64,000 bases of DNA, from positions 128,001-192,000 of the forward strand of contig CAVRGP010000013.1 of assembly GCA_963720755.1 (NCBI GenBank), read 5' to 3'. The notes below the pieces were generated by a model. The model searched no databases. It was not told the DNA's origin and was given only the letters and a program-made list of their open reading frames with translations. Positions 17,931-25,823 of the stretch are shown here, in pieces. The stretch's first letter is position 1; each line of letters opens with the position of its first letter. This DNA is from an uncultured Chloroflexia bacterium. Its GTDB lineage: Bacteria; Chloroflexota; Limnocylindria; Limnocylindrales; CSP1-4. A program made the position numbers and the translations under genes.

Positions 17931-19590
17931 CGCGCCGCTGGTCAAGGATGTCGGGGAGCCGAAAGAGCTCCACGAGAGCCGCCTGGGTGCCGCCCTGCCC
18001 GTTCTGGACATGCACGCCTATGTGGAGGGATTCGGCCGATCCATCGTCCCGGCCTATCGTCGCGGCGTCGCGGACCTGGAACTGCCGGCCGATGCTGGTC
18101 TGGCCCGCTCCATCATCCCGCCGGGGACCGCTGCGACGCGCGACTTCAGTCGCCTCGCCCCGCGGATCCCGGAGTTCCTGCTCGACAAGTGCGTCGGCTG
18201 CATGGCCTGCGTGGCAGCCTGCCCGGATACGGCGATCCTCGCTCGAGTGGTGCCCGAACCCGAGCTCGACCCGCTGCTCGAGGCCTTCGCCGCGGAGGAA
18301 CCCGACCCCGAGATCGCGATCGCGACCGGTCGAGCCCATTTCGCCTCGACCAGCAAGTACGGCGACGTCCCGGCCCGGCGGAGCCTCGATCGTGGGGCCT
18401 TCGGGATCTTCGTCGATCCCATCCACTGCAAGGGCTGTGCCGAGTGCGTCGAAGTCTGTGCGGCGCTCGGTCACGACGCCCTGATCATGATCGACAAGGT
18501 CGCGGAGGAACCGAGTGGCGAGGGCACCCTCGAGCGGTTCACCCGGGACATGCGCTTCTTCCGGACGCTGCCACCGACTCCCGAGGTCTATCGCAACGAC
18601 AAGGCGCTGGCGGATCTGCTCCTCGGCCAGGATGCCATCGGCTATCTCGGTGGAGCCGGCTCGTGTGCCGGGTGTGGGGAGGCGACCGCGATCCGCCAGA
18701 TGGTCGCCGCGACGAGGCAGGTCCACGGTCCGGCATCGATGGGCATCGTCGCGGCCACCGGCTGCAACACGGTGTATGGCAGCACCTACCCGTTCAATCC
18801 GTACCTCGTGCCCTGGACCAACTCGCTGTTCGAGAACGCGCCCACCGTCGCGATGGGGATCCGCGCCCGCTGGGACCAGGCGGGACATGCCGACCGTCGG
18901 CTGTGGGTGATCGGCGGCGATGGGGCGATGTTCGACATCGGGTTCGGCGCGCTGTCGCGGATGGTCGCGTCCAGGGCGGACATCAACGTCCTCGTGCTCG
19001 ATACCCAGGTCTACTCGAACACCGGCGGACAGGCTTCGTCCGCGTCATACGGCGCGCAGGTCACCAAGTTGTCGGCGTTCGGCGATGCCATCCATGGTCG
19101 AGACGAGCCGCGCAAAGAGCTCGGCCGGGTCCTGATGGCCCATGGCGAGGTGTATGTCGCCCAGTCGACGCCGGCCCACCTGAACCATTTCCTGCGGACG
19201 ATCATGGAGGCCAATTCGTATCCTGGCCCGGCCGTCGTCATCGCCTACACGCCGTGCCAACCCGAGCATGGGATCGCCGATGACGCCTCGTCGCGGCAGT
19301 CCAGGCTGGCCGTCGAATCACGGGCGTTCCCGCTGTTCATCTACGACCCCCGGCGGGGCTCCACCATCGCCGAGCGACTATCGCTCCAGGGCAACCCGGG
19401 GTTGCGATCGGACTGGGCGAGTGCGCCCGACGGGACGGCGATCGACTTCCTGACGTTCGCCCGGACCGAGGGGCGGTTCGCGCCCCATTTCGCGACGGAC
19501 GGCACCCCGACGCCGGAGATCCAGGCGACGCAGGCCGACCGACTCGCCAACTGGCACACGCTCCAGGAGCTGGCCGGAGTGGGGGCCTGA
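17920..19590 (+). CDS. PFOR C-terminal half (2x4Fe-4S ferredoxin domain plus TPP-binding domain)
   Basis: CVGCMACVAACP, CKGCAECVEVC, SCAGCGE, ATGC, GGDG...YSNTGGQ, YTPC; GGAGGG RBS. Confidence 0.9.
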   Translation: MPDSAPLVKDVGEPKELHESRLGAALPVLDMHAYVEGFGRSIVPAYRRGVADLELPADAGLARSIIPPGTAATRDFSRLAPRIPEFLLDKCVGCMACVAACPDTAILARVVPEPELDPLLEAFAAEEPDPEIAIATGRAHFASTSKYGDVPARRSLDRGAFGIFVDPIHCKGCAECVEVCAALGHDALIMIDKVAEEPSGEGTLERFTRDMRFFRTLPPTPEVYRNDKALADLLLGQDAIGYLGGAGSCAGCGEATAIRQMVAATRQVHGPASMGIVAATGCNTVYGSTYPFNPYLVPWTNSLFENAPTVAMGIRARWDQAGHADRRLWVIGGDGAMFDIGFGALSRMVASRADINVLVLDTQVYSNTGGQASSASYGAQVTKLSAFGDAIHGRDEPRKELGRVLMAHGEVYVAQSTPAHLNHFLRTIMEANSYPGPAVVIAYTPCQPEHGIADDASSRQSRLAVESRAFPLFIYDPRRGSTIAERLSLQGNPGLRSDWASAPDGTAIDFLTFARTEGRFAPHFATDGTPTPEIQATQADRLANWHTLQELAGVGA

Positions 19591-19594
19591 CGCC

Positions 19595-19828
19595 GTGTGC
19601 CTCGGATTCCCGGGTCTCGTCGTTGCGATCGATCCGACTGGCGCGACGATCGAGACGGATGGCCGGCGGCGTCGCGCGAACACGCTCCTGGCACCCGATC
19701 TGCGGGTGGGCGAATGGGTCTTCGTATCCGCCGGCACCGTCATCGAGCGCCTGCCGCCCGATGAGGCGGCCTTCATCCACGACGAATTGGAAGCGGCCCG
19801 TCGATCCGGGCCGGGAGGAACAACGTGA
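19595..19828 (+). CDS. hypC: HypC/HupF family hydrogenase chaperone
   Basis: N-terminal MCLGFPG, VGEWVFVSAG. Confidence 0.85.
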   Translation: MCLGFPGLVVAIDPTGATIETDGRRRRANTLLAPDLRVGEWVFVSAGTVIERLPPDEAAFIHDELEAARRSGPGGTT

Positions 19829-20778
19829 CTGACGAACTCGCGGCCAAACCTGGCCGACCGCGCATCCCGATGACCGCCCGTTGGGGTGTCGCCCTGGCCG
19901 TCGTCGTGGCGTTCATCAGCGGCGTGTCGGTGTTCCTGAATGGGTACGCGGTGAAGCAGCTCCCCGATGCCGCGGTCTACACGACGCTCAAGAACGGGTT
20001 TGCCGCGCTCATCCTGCTGGGTGTCGCCGCGTCCGTGGTCCGGATGTCCGAGGTGCGCGCGCTCGATCGACGCGCCTGGACGGGCCTGACCGTCATCGGC
20101 GTCATCGGCGGGAGTGTCCCGTTCCTCCTGTTCTTCAGCGGGCTGGCCCTCGCCAGCGCCCCGTCGGCGGCATTCATCCACAAGACGCTGTTCCTGTGGG
20201 TCGTCATGCTCGCCGTGCCGTTCCTCGGCGAGCGGCTCGGCTGGTTCCCGATCGCGGCCCTCGGCGTGCTTCTGGTCGGCCAGGCCCTGGCGACTCCGCC
20301 GACGGGCATGGTCTGGGGCACGGGTGAGACGTTGATCCTCGCCGCCACCCTGCTGTGGGCGGTGGAAGTCATCCTCGCCCGCCGGCTGCTCCTCCGCGAT
20401 GTGCCCTCGCCGGTCATGGGCGCGGCTCGGCTCGGGATCGGGTTCGTCGTCCTCGTCGGCTATCTCGCCGTGACCGGTCGTCTCACCGTCGTCGCTGGAC
20501 TGACCGCCACACAGTGGGCCTGGGCCATCGGTACCGGCGTCATGCTCGCCGCCTATGTCGGCACGTGGCTGGCTGCCCTCCGACGAGTCGAGGCATCCGT
20601 GGTCGCGAGCATCCTCGTCCTGGGGGCGCCGATCACGGCCGTCCTCCAGGGTGTCGTGAACGGTGTGCTGCCGGCGCCGCCCGTGCTTGTCGGACAGCTC
20701 GCCATCGCCATGGCGGTGGGTGTCATCGCGATCGTGTCCTTCCGGCCCGCCAGGCGGGAACGGGTCGTCGCCGGATGA
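19825..20778 (+). CDS. DMT/EamA family transporter
   Basis: About 10 TM segments in two repeats, FLGERL motif. Confidence 0.8.
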   Translation: MTDELAAKPGRPRIPMTARWGVALAVVVAFISGVSVFLNGYAVKQLPDAAVYTTLKNGFAALILLGVAASVVRMSEVRALDRRAWTGLTVIGVIGGSVPFLLFFSGLALASAPSAAFIHKTLFLWVVMLAVPFLGERLGWFPIAALGVLLVGQALATPPTGMVWGTGETLILAATLLWAVEVILARRLLLRDVPSPVMGAARLGIGFVVLVGYLAVTGRLTVVAGLTATQWAWAIGTGVMLAAYVGTWLAALRRVEASVVASILVLGAPITAVLQGVVNGVLPAPPVLVGQLAIAMAVGVIAIVSFRPARRERVVAG

Positions 20779-21530
20779 CCCTCACGGTCGGGCCCGTCCC
20801 CGGCCCGGTCCGCTTCGCCCGGTATGCGTACGGACCGAACCGGTTGGGCTACTGCGGTCCCGATGCCGCCGGTGAATTGCTCGGGGAGGCTGCCGAAGGC
20901 GGCGATCTCCGGCGCATCCGCGACCTGGCCAGGGGGTTCGAAGGCGCCTACCCGTACCTCGAGCTGATCGCCCGGTCCAATGGCATCCCGGACCCGCTCG
21001 ATGGCCGGGTGGTGGAGGCCTACTGGCTGGGAAATGACCTGCTTCGGGCGGTCCCAACGGCAGCGTTCGGCCGGTCGGTCGAGGAACGCTTCCGGCCGCG
21101 CGCCCGAAGCACGGCCTGGCGGTGGCTCGCGACCAAGGCACCGGAGGGCGCCCATCCGGTCCATGCGTTCCACGTCCTCGACGTCTTCCCGGTCGTCGGC
21201 TTCCTTCGGGGGGAGGTCACGGGCGACGCCCTCCGGACCATCGATTCCTGCCGGATCCGATGGGGGACCGTCCGCGATCGTCTCGGCCCGAACCTCATCG
21301 TCGACGCCGTCCCGCTCGAGTGGTCGGCCGGCAAGCTGCGGCTCGGTCAACCGCGGCCCGAAACGATCCGCGGCTGGGACGACGGACTCGGCTTCGTCGC
21401 CGACATCGAGCCGGGCGACGTCGTCGCGATCCATTGGGACTGGGCGTGCGAGCGACTCGACGAGCGCCAGTCGGCAGCGCTCCGGGAATGGACGGCGCGA
21501 GAGCTCGTCGTCGCCAACCGGACGATCTAG
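20775..21530 (+). CDS. DUF6390-like protein
   Basis: FARYAYGPNRLGYCGP, FEGAYPYL, VEAYWLG, HxxHxFHV, CRIRWG, HWDWAC. Confidence 0.75.
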   Translation: MTLTVGPVPGPVRFARYAYGPNRLGYCGPDAAGELLGEAAEGGDLRRIRDLARGFEGAYPYLELIARSNGIPDPLDGRVVEAYWLGNDLLRAVPTAAFGRSVEERFRPRARSTAWRWLATKAPEGAHPVHAFHVLDVFPVVGFLRGEVTGDALRTIDSCRIRWGTVRDRLGPNLIVDAVPLEWSAGKLRLGQPRPETIRGWDDGLGFVADIEPGDVVAIHWDWACERLDERQSAALREWTARELVVANRTI

Positions 21531-22264
21531 GACGCGAGACCGGTCCCTGCGGAACCGGCGGCCCGGCCCACCCCGGCGGCCGCCAGGAGCTGGACGCCCT
21601 GCTCCCAGGTATCCCGACGCTCGGCCATCAATCGCTCCTGCTCGCCACGCAACAGGGTCCACAGCGCTGGATGTTCCCCCCGCAAAGCCGTGGACGCACG
21701 GAACCGACCCATCGCGTCGGCGATGAAGGCGGCGTAGCGGGCGACCGGTTCGGCCGAGGCGAACCGTGCCTCGAAGCCCGCGACGTAGTCCACGGCGATC
21801 ATCAACCGCCCGAAGAAGGCGGCCAGGTCGAGTGCCGCCTCGTCCCAACCTTGTGAGTGGCCGCCGCGTCGGAGGATCGGCGCCGGCGAGACGAGGATGA
21901 CCACGGTCAGGTCGTCGAACCGGGTCACGGTCAAATGGCCACCGAAAGTCACGTACTCATTGGCGACCCCCAGACGATCGACGATGACGACGGTGCCCCA
22001 GGAATAGGTCGTGTCGAGGGGCCGGGTCTGCCGGGTGATCTCGAGGCGGGCGCCGTGCGACCCGCTGCTCACCCAGACGTAGGCGGATTCCGGGTCGAAA
22101 TGCCGAAGGGTCGGGGCGTCGCGGAGACCGATGAGCAGGTACGCGTCACCGTGGCCGTCGGGCAGATCGGCGTGGGCGACGAACCCCCAGTCCGCGAGAC
22201 GACTGGCGGCGACCGCTGGATCGATCGGATCGTGGAGCGTCGGCGCCTTGCTCGCCGCCATCAA
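21527..22264 (-). CDS. Hypothetical protein, no family recognised
   Basis: 245-aa globular-looking ORF, ATGA-coupled to the hemerythrin gene. Confidence 0.7.
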   Translation of the reverse strand: MMAASKAPTLHDPIDPAVAASRLADWGFVAHADLPDGHGDAYLLIGLRDAPTLRHFDPESAYVWVSSGSHGARLEITRQTRPLDTTYSWGTVVIVDRLGVANEYVTFGGHLTVTRFDDLTVVILVSPAPILRRGGHSQGWDEAALDLAAFFGRLMIAVDYVAGFEARFASAEPVARYAAFIADAMGRFRASTALRGEHPALWTLLRGEQERLMAERRDTWEQGVQLLAAAGVGRAAGSAGTGLAS

Positions 22265-22722
22265 TGGTCTGCGGCCGTCCCGTCGAGCAAAGGCATGAGC
22301 AGTCGCTCCTCCCGCTCGAGATGGGCGGCGATGACCGCCCGGGTCGCGCTGAGGTGGGCGATGACCTCGACGTTCGTCCGTGGCGTCACGTGCCCGAGCC
22401 AGCGGACCGAATCGGCCTCCAGGGCCGCGATGAGCGCGTCGATCTGGCGATGCTCACAGCGGCTCGACCTCGTTGCCCAGGTCGTCCCGGCCAGTTCGTC
22501 CAGTTGGGGGTACAGCCAGGTGTCCTCCCAGGCCATGTGGGGCCTGAGTTCTCGCTGGAGCCAGCCGAGGGCGGTGTGCAGCCGATGCCACAGCTGATCC
22601 GAGGTCAGGTCGGGCGATTGCTCGATGGTCTCGGCGATATGGGCCAGCCCGAGTGACAGATCGTGATGTTCCAGCGCCGCGAACCGTGCCTCACCGTCTG
22701 CGGCGGCGGTTTGAGCGGTCAT
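22261..22722 (-). CDS. Hemerythrin-like (HHE) di-iron protein
   Basis: EH, HMAWED..LYP, EH, HLEREE pattern; GAGGTGGAG RBS. Confidence 0.82.
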   Translation of the reverse strand: MTAQTAAADGEARFAALEHHDLSLGLAHIAETIEQSPDLTSDQLWHRLHTALGWLQRELRPHMAWEDTWLYPQLDELAGTTWATRSSRCEHRQIDALIAALEADSVRWLGHVTPRTNVEVIAHLSATRAVIAAHLEREERLLMPLLDGTAADH

Positions 22723-22830
22723 GTCTCCACCTCGATCCCAGTAGGCCGAGCCGCTCGGGGTCGACCACGCCGGCCGCCCGAGTCCCGCTCGCGTATCGCC
22801 AGCATCGGCCGTGCCGGCCACCGGCGAACA

Positions 22831-22924
22831 GGGCCATTCGTCCGCTAGGACGGTGTCGCGCGGCCCCTCGACGATCGGGCGCGACCCGATCGTCGGGTCC
22901 CGACGGCCGCGGGCCCAACGGACC
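22831..22924. promoter_or_regulatory. Divergent promoter region with DosR-like boxes and an 11-bp perfect inverted repeat
   Basis: GGGCC-ATTC-GTCCG at 22831, GGGCC-CAAC-GGACC at 22911, CGACGATCGGG-N5-CCCGATCGTCG at 22869-22895. Confidence 0.5.
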
Positions 22925-22999
22925 CCGCCGCCGTGACCTGCGGCACTGATGGCGGTGCGGCCCGCCCGTCGATGCTTCAGTCACGCACGAGGTGTACCG

Positions 23000-23413
23000 A
23001 TGGACGAATCCATGAACCTGGTCCTGTTCTCCGGGACCGACGACAAGCTGCAGGCGGCCGCGGTCCTGACGGCGGGCGCTGCGGCGCTCGGCAAGCCGGT
23101 CCACGTCTTCCTCCAGTACTGGGCGCTCGACGCGTTCCGGGCTGACCGGATCGCCGGCGACCACGGGCTTGCGCCGGAGGCCGGAGAAGCCGGTCGTGCC
23201 GCCGTCGACGCACTGGCGCGGGCCGGACAGGCCAGCTGGGCCGACACGTTCCGCCAGGCCAAGGACCTCGGCGGCGTCGACATCCAGGCCTGCTCGCTGT
23301 CCATGGACCTGCTCGAACTCGAACCCACCGATCTCGACCCCCTGGTCGACGGTGTGGAAGGCGTGACCGCCTTCTACCTCGAGGCGGGCGAGGGCCAGGT
23401 CGTCTTCATCTGA
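23000..23413 (+). CDS. DsrE/DsrF/DrsH-like sulfur transfer protein
   Basis: LFSGTDDK, VFLQYWAL, ACSLSMD, GVTAF...VFI. Confidence 0.82.
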   Translation: MDESMNLVLFSGTDDKLQAAAVLTAGAAALGKPVHVFLQYWALDAFRADRIAGDHGLAPEAGEAGRAAVDALARAGQASWADTFRQAKDLGGVDIQACSLSMDLLELEPTDLDPLVDGVEGVTAFYLEAGEGQVVFI

Positions 23414-23460
23414 TCCACCCACGCCAACCGCCACTGAACCGATAACGGAAGGAGTCTTCG

Positions 23461-23697
23461 ATGCCGACCATGGAGATCAGCCAGACCGTCGACGCACGCG
23501 GGCTGTCGTGCCCGATGCCGATCGTCAAGACGGCGCAGGCCGTGAAGCCACTGCCGTCCGGCGCTCTCGTCGAGCTGCTGGCCACGGATGCCGGATCGGT
23601 CAAGGACGTCGCGGCCTGGTGCCGCTCGACCGAGAACACGATCGTCGAGCAGACGAGCGACGGCGGCGTCTTCCGCTTCGTCATCCGCCGGAAGTGA
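23461..23697 (+). CDS. tusA: TusA/SirA family sulfur carrier
   Basis: VDARGLSCPMP, ATDAGSVKD. Confidence 0.9.
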   Translation: MPTMEISQTVDARGLSCPMPIVKTAQAVKPLPSGALVELLATDAGSVKDVAAWCRSTENTIVEQTSDGGVFRFVIRRK

Positions 23698-23704
23698 GGC
23701 CGTC

Positions 23705-24298
23705 ATGACCACCGAGACCCTCGCACCATTCGATCCCCTCGCCGACGCCATCGCCGCCGCCGACGGCCAGCCCGAACTCGACGGCCAGCCGGATCCGCTT
23801 CCCGCGATGGACGGTGAGGTCAAGACCCGCGACCTGCTGATCATCGATTACAGCGGCGACCTCGAGAAGGTCTGGGCCACGATGATCCTCGCCTCGACGA
23901 GCGCCGCGATGGGCGTCAAGACCCGCGTCTTCGTGACGTTCTGGGGCCTCCAGGTGTTCGTCAAGGACTCCAGGCGGATCACCGGCGAGAACTGGATGCA
24001 GCGGATGATGTCCGCGATGCAACGACCCGGGATCAGCCATCGGAAGCTCTCGAAGATGAACTTCTTCGGGATGGGTCCCTGGATGATGGGCCGCCTGGCC
24101 AAGCAGTACGGCGTCGCCAGCCCGAAGGAGCTGCTCGAGGCCGCTCAGGCGATGGGCGTCGAGTTCATCCCGTGCCAGATGACCATGGACATGTTCGGCC
24201 TCAAGCCGGAGGACATGATCGAGGGCATGGCTGAGCCGGCTGGTGCCGCGACCGTCATCGGCCTGATGACCGAGAACTCCACCCCGCTGTTCATCTAG
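23705..24298 (+). CDS. DsrE2-like sulfur transfer protein
   Basis: SGDLEK, VTFWGL, LSKMNFFGMG, PCQMTMD, LFI C-terminus. Confidence 0.85.
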   Translation: MTTETLAPFDPLADAIAAADGQPELDGQPDPLPAMDGEVKTRDLLIIDYSGDLEKVWATMILASTSAAMGVKTRVFVTFWGLQVFVKDSRRITGENWMQRMMSAMQRPGISHRKLSKMNFFGMGPWMMGRLAKQYGVASPKELLEAAQAMGVEFIPCQMTMDMFGLKPEDMIEGMAEPAGAATVIGLMTENSTPLFI

Positions 24299-24336
24299 AC
24301 ACGACACGACACGACCGAAGGAAGGGAACGACCGCT

Positions 24337-24582
24337 ATGACCGACACGGCTGTCACCATCACGCGGGTCGTCGACGCACGCGGGAGCTATTGCCCCGGGC
24401 CGTTGATGGAACTCATCCGCACCATCCGCGAGGCGCAGGTCGGCGACGTGATCGCCGTCTACTCGTCGGACAAGGGATCCAAGACGGACATCCCGAAGTG
24501 GGTCGAGAAAGCCGGACACCGGCTCGTCTCACTCGAAGCCCGAGATGGCTACGACGAGATCGTGGTCGAGAAGCTCCGGTAG
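24337..24582 (+). CDS. tusA: Second TusA/SirA family sulfur carrier
   Basis: VDARGSYCPGP, SSDKGSKTDIPKW. Confidence 0.88.
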   Translation: MTDTAVTITRVVDARGSYCPGPLMELIRTIREAQVGDVIAVYSSDKGSKTDIPKWVEKAGHRLVSLEARDGYDEIVVEKLR

Positions 24583-24589
24583 GGCGCCG

Positions 24590-25747
24590 ATGCGACGGAT
24601 CCTCATCCTGGGTGGGGGTGTGGGGGGCACCCTCACCGCCAATCTGCTGATCAAGAAGCTCCGAGCTCAGGTCGACCGCGGCGATGTCGAGATCATGGTC
24701 GTCGACGCGACCGGACAGCATGTCTACCAGCCCGGCTTCATGTACATCGCGATGGGCGGCGAGCAGGCGAAGAACCTCAAACGTCCGGAGCGATCCCTGC
24801 TCGACAAGCGTGTGCGGCTCGTCGTGGGCCAGGTGGCCAACGTCGATGAGGCCCGCCAGGTCGTGGCGTTGACCGATGGCCTGGAACTCGGCTATGACCA
24901 GCTCGTCCTGGCAACCGGCTCGCGCATCGTGCCTGAGGCGATCGAACATTTCGATACCGAGGCCCACCACTTCTACACGGCCGAGGCCGCGGCGAAGCTG
25001 CGGACGGCCCTCGACACGTTCGATGGCGGCCGGATCGTCGTCGGCATCGCCGGGATGCCGTACAAGTGCCCACCGGCGCCGCTCGAAGTCTCCTTCCTGA
25101 TCGAAGCGGAGCTTCGGGGCCGCGGCTTGCGTGAGCGGACCACGATGGACTACTGCTCGCCGATCGGTCGCGCGTTCACGATCGAATCCGTGTCCGAGAT
25201 GGCGACCCCGATCCTGGAGCAGAAGGGGATCGAGCTCCACACATTCTTCAACGTCGAGGCCATCGACCCCGAACGGAAGGTCGTCATGAGCCTCGAGGGC
25301 GAGGAGCTGCCGTATGACCTCCTGATCCTCGTGCCGCCGCACAAAGGCCAGCAGTTCCTCATGGACTCGGGGATGGCCCCGGCTCCCGGCGGCTGGCTCC
25401 CGACCGACCGCCACACCCTGCTCGTCGGCGATCGAAAGAACGTCTACGCCCTCGGTGATGCGACCGACCTGCCGCTGTCGAAGGCGGGGTCCACGGCGCA
25501 TTTCGAAGCGCCGGTGGTCGCCGAGCGCGTCTCGGCCGCCATCCTGGGCCAGGCACCCGAAGGGAAGCACGCCGACTACCAGGGCAAGGTGATGTGCTTC
25601 TTCGAGATCGGGGACGGGAAAGGGACTCTGCTCCAGTTCGACTACGACCACCCGCCCAAGCCGCCGAAGCCGAACCAACTCTGGCACCTCGGGAAGATCG
25701 TCTTCAACAAGACGTACTGGCACACGGTGCCGAAGGGTCGGGTCTGA
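24590..25747 (+). CDS. sqr: Sulfide:quinone oxidoreductase (type III-like)
   Basis: GGGVGG, YQPG, LATGS, YKCPPAP, GDA..LPLSKAG, CFFEIG. Confidence 0.85.
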   Translation: MRRILILGGGVGGTLTANLLIKKLRAQVDRGDVEIMVVDATGQHVYQPGFMYIAMGGEQAKNLKRPERSLLDKRVRLVVGQVANVDEARQVVALTDGLELGYDQLVLATGSRIVPEAIEHFDTEAHHFYTAEAAAKLRTALDTFDGGRIVVGIAGMPYKCPPAPLEVSFLIEAELRGRGLRERTTMDYCSPIGRAFTIESVSEMATPILEQKGIELHTFFNVEAIDPERKVVMSLEGEELPYDLLILVPPHKGQQFLMDSGMAPAPGGWLPTDRHTLLVGDRKNVYALGDATDLPLSKAGSTAHFEAPVVAERVSAAILGQAPEGKHADYQGKVMCFFEIGDGKGTLLQFDYDHPPKPPKPNQLWHLGKIVFNKTYWHTVPKGRV

Positions 25748-25750
25748 GCC

Positions 25751-25805
25751 GAGACCCGACCATCTCGGGCCCCCGACCCGGCCCCTTCCCCGGGCCGGGG
25801 GTCTC
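25751..25805 (+). terminator. GC-rich hairpin after sqr
   Basis: CCCGGCCC (25777-84) pairs with GGGCCGGG (25792-99); outer GAGACCC/GGGTCTC; no U-tract. Confidence 0.45.
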
Positions 25806-25823
25806 GTCCGTTACGATGCGGTC

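Noticed and set aside
24298-24315. (GACAC)x3.6 short tandem repeat between dsrE2 and tusA
   Set aside because: Too short and intergenic; no support for phase variation or a CRISPR-like structure
10035-25823. Redox island as a mobile element
   Set aside because: No integrase, transposase, tRNA target or flanking direct repeats seen; composition looks like the flanks by eye
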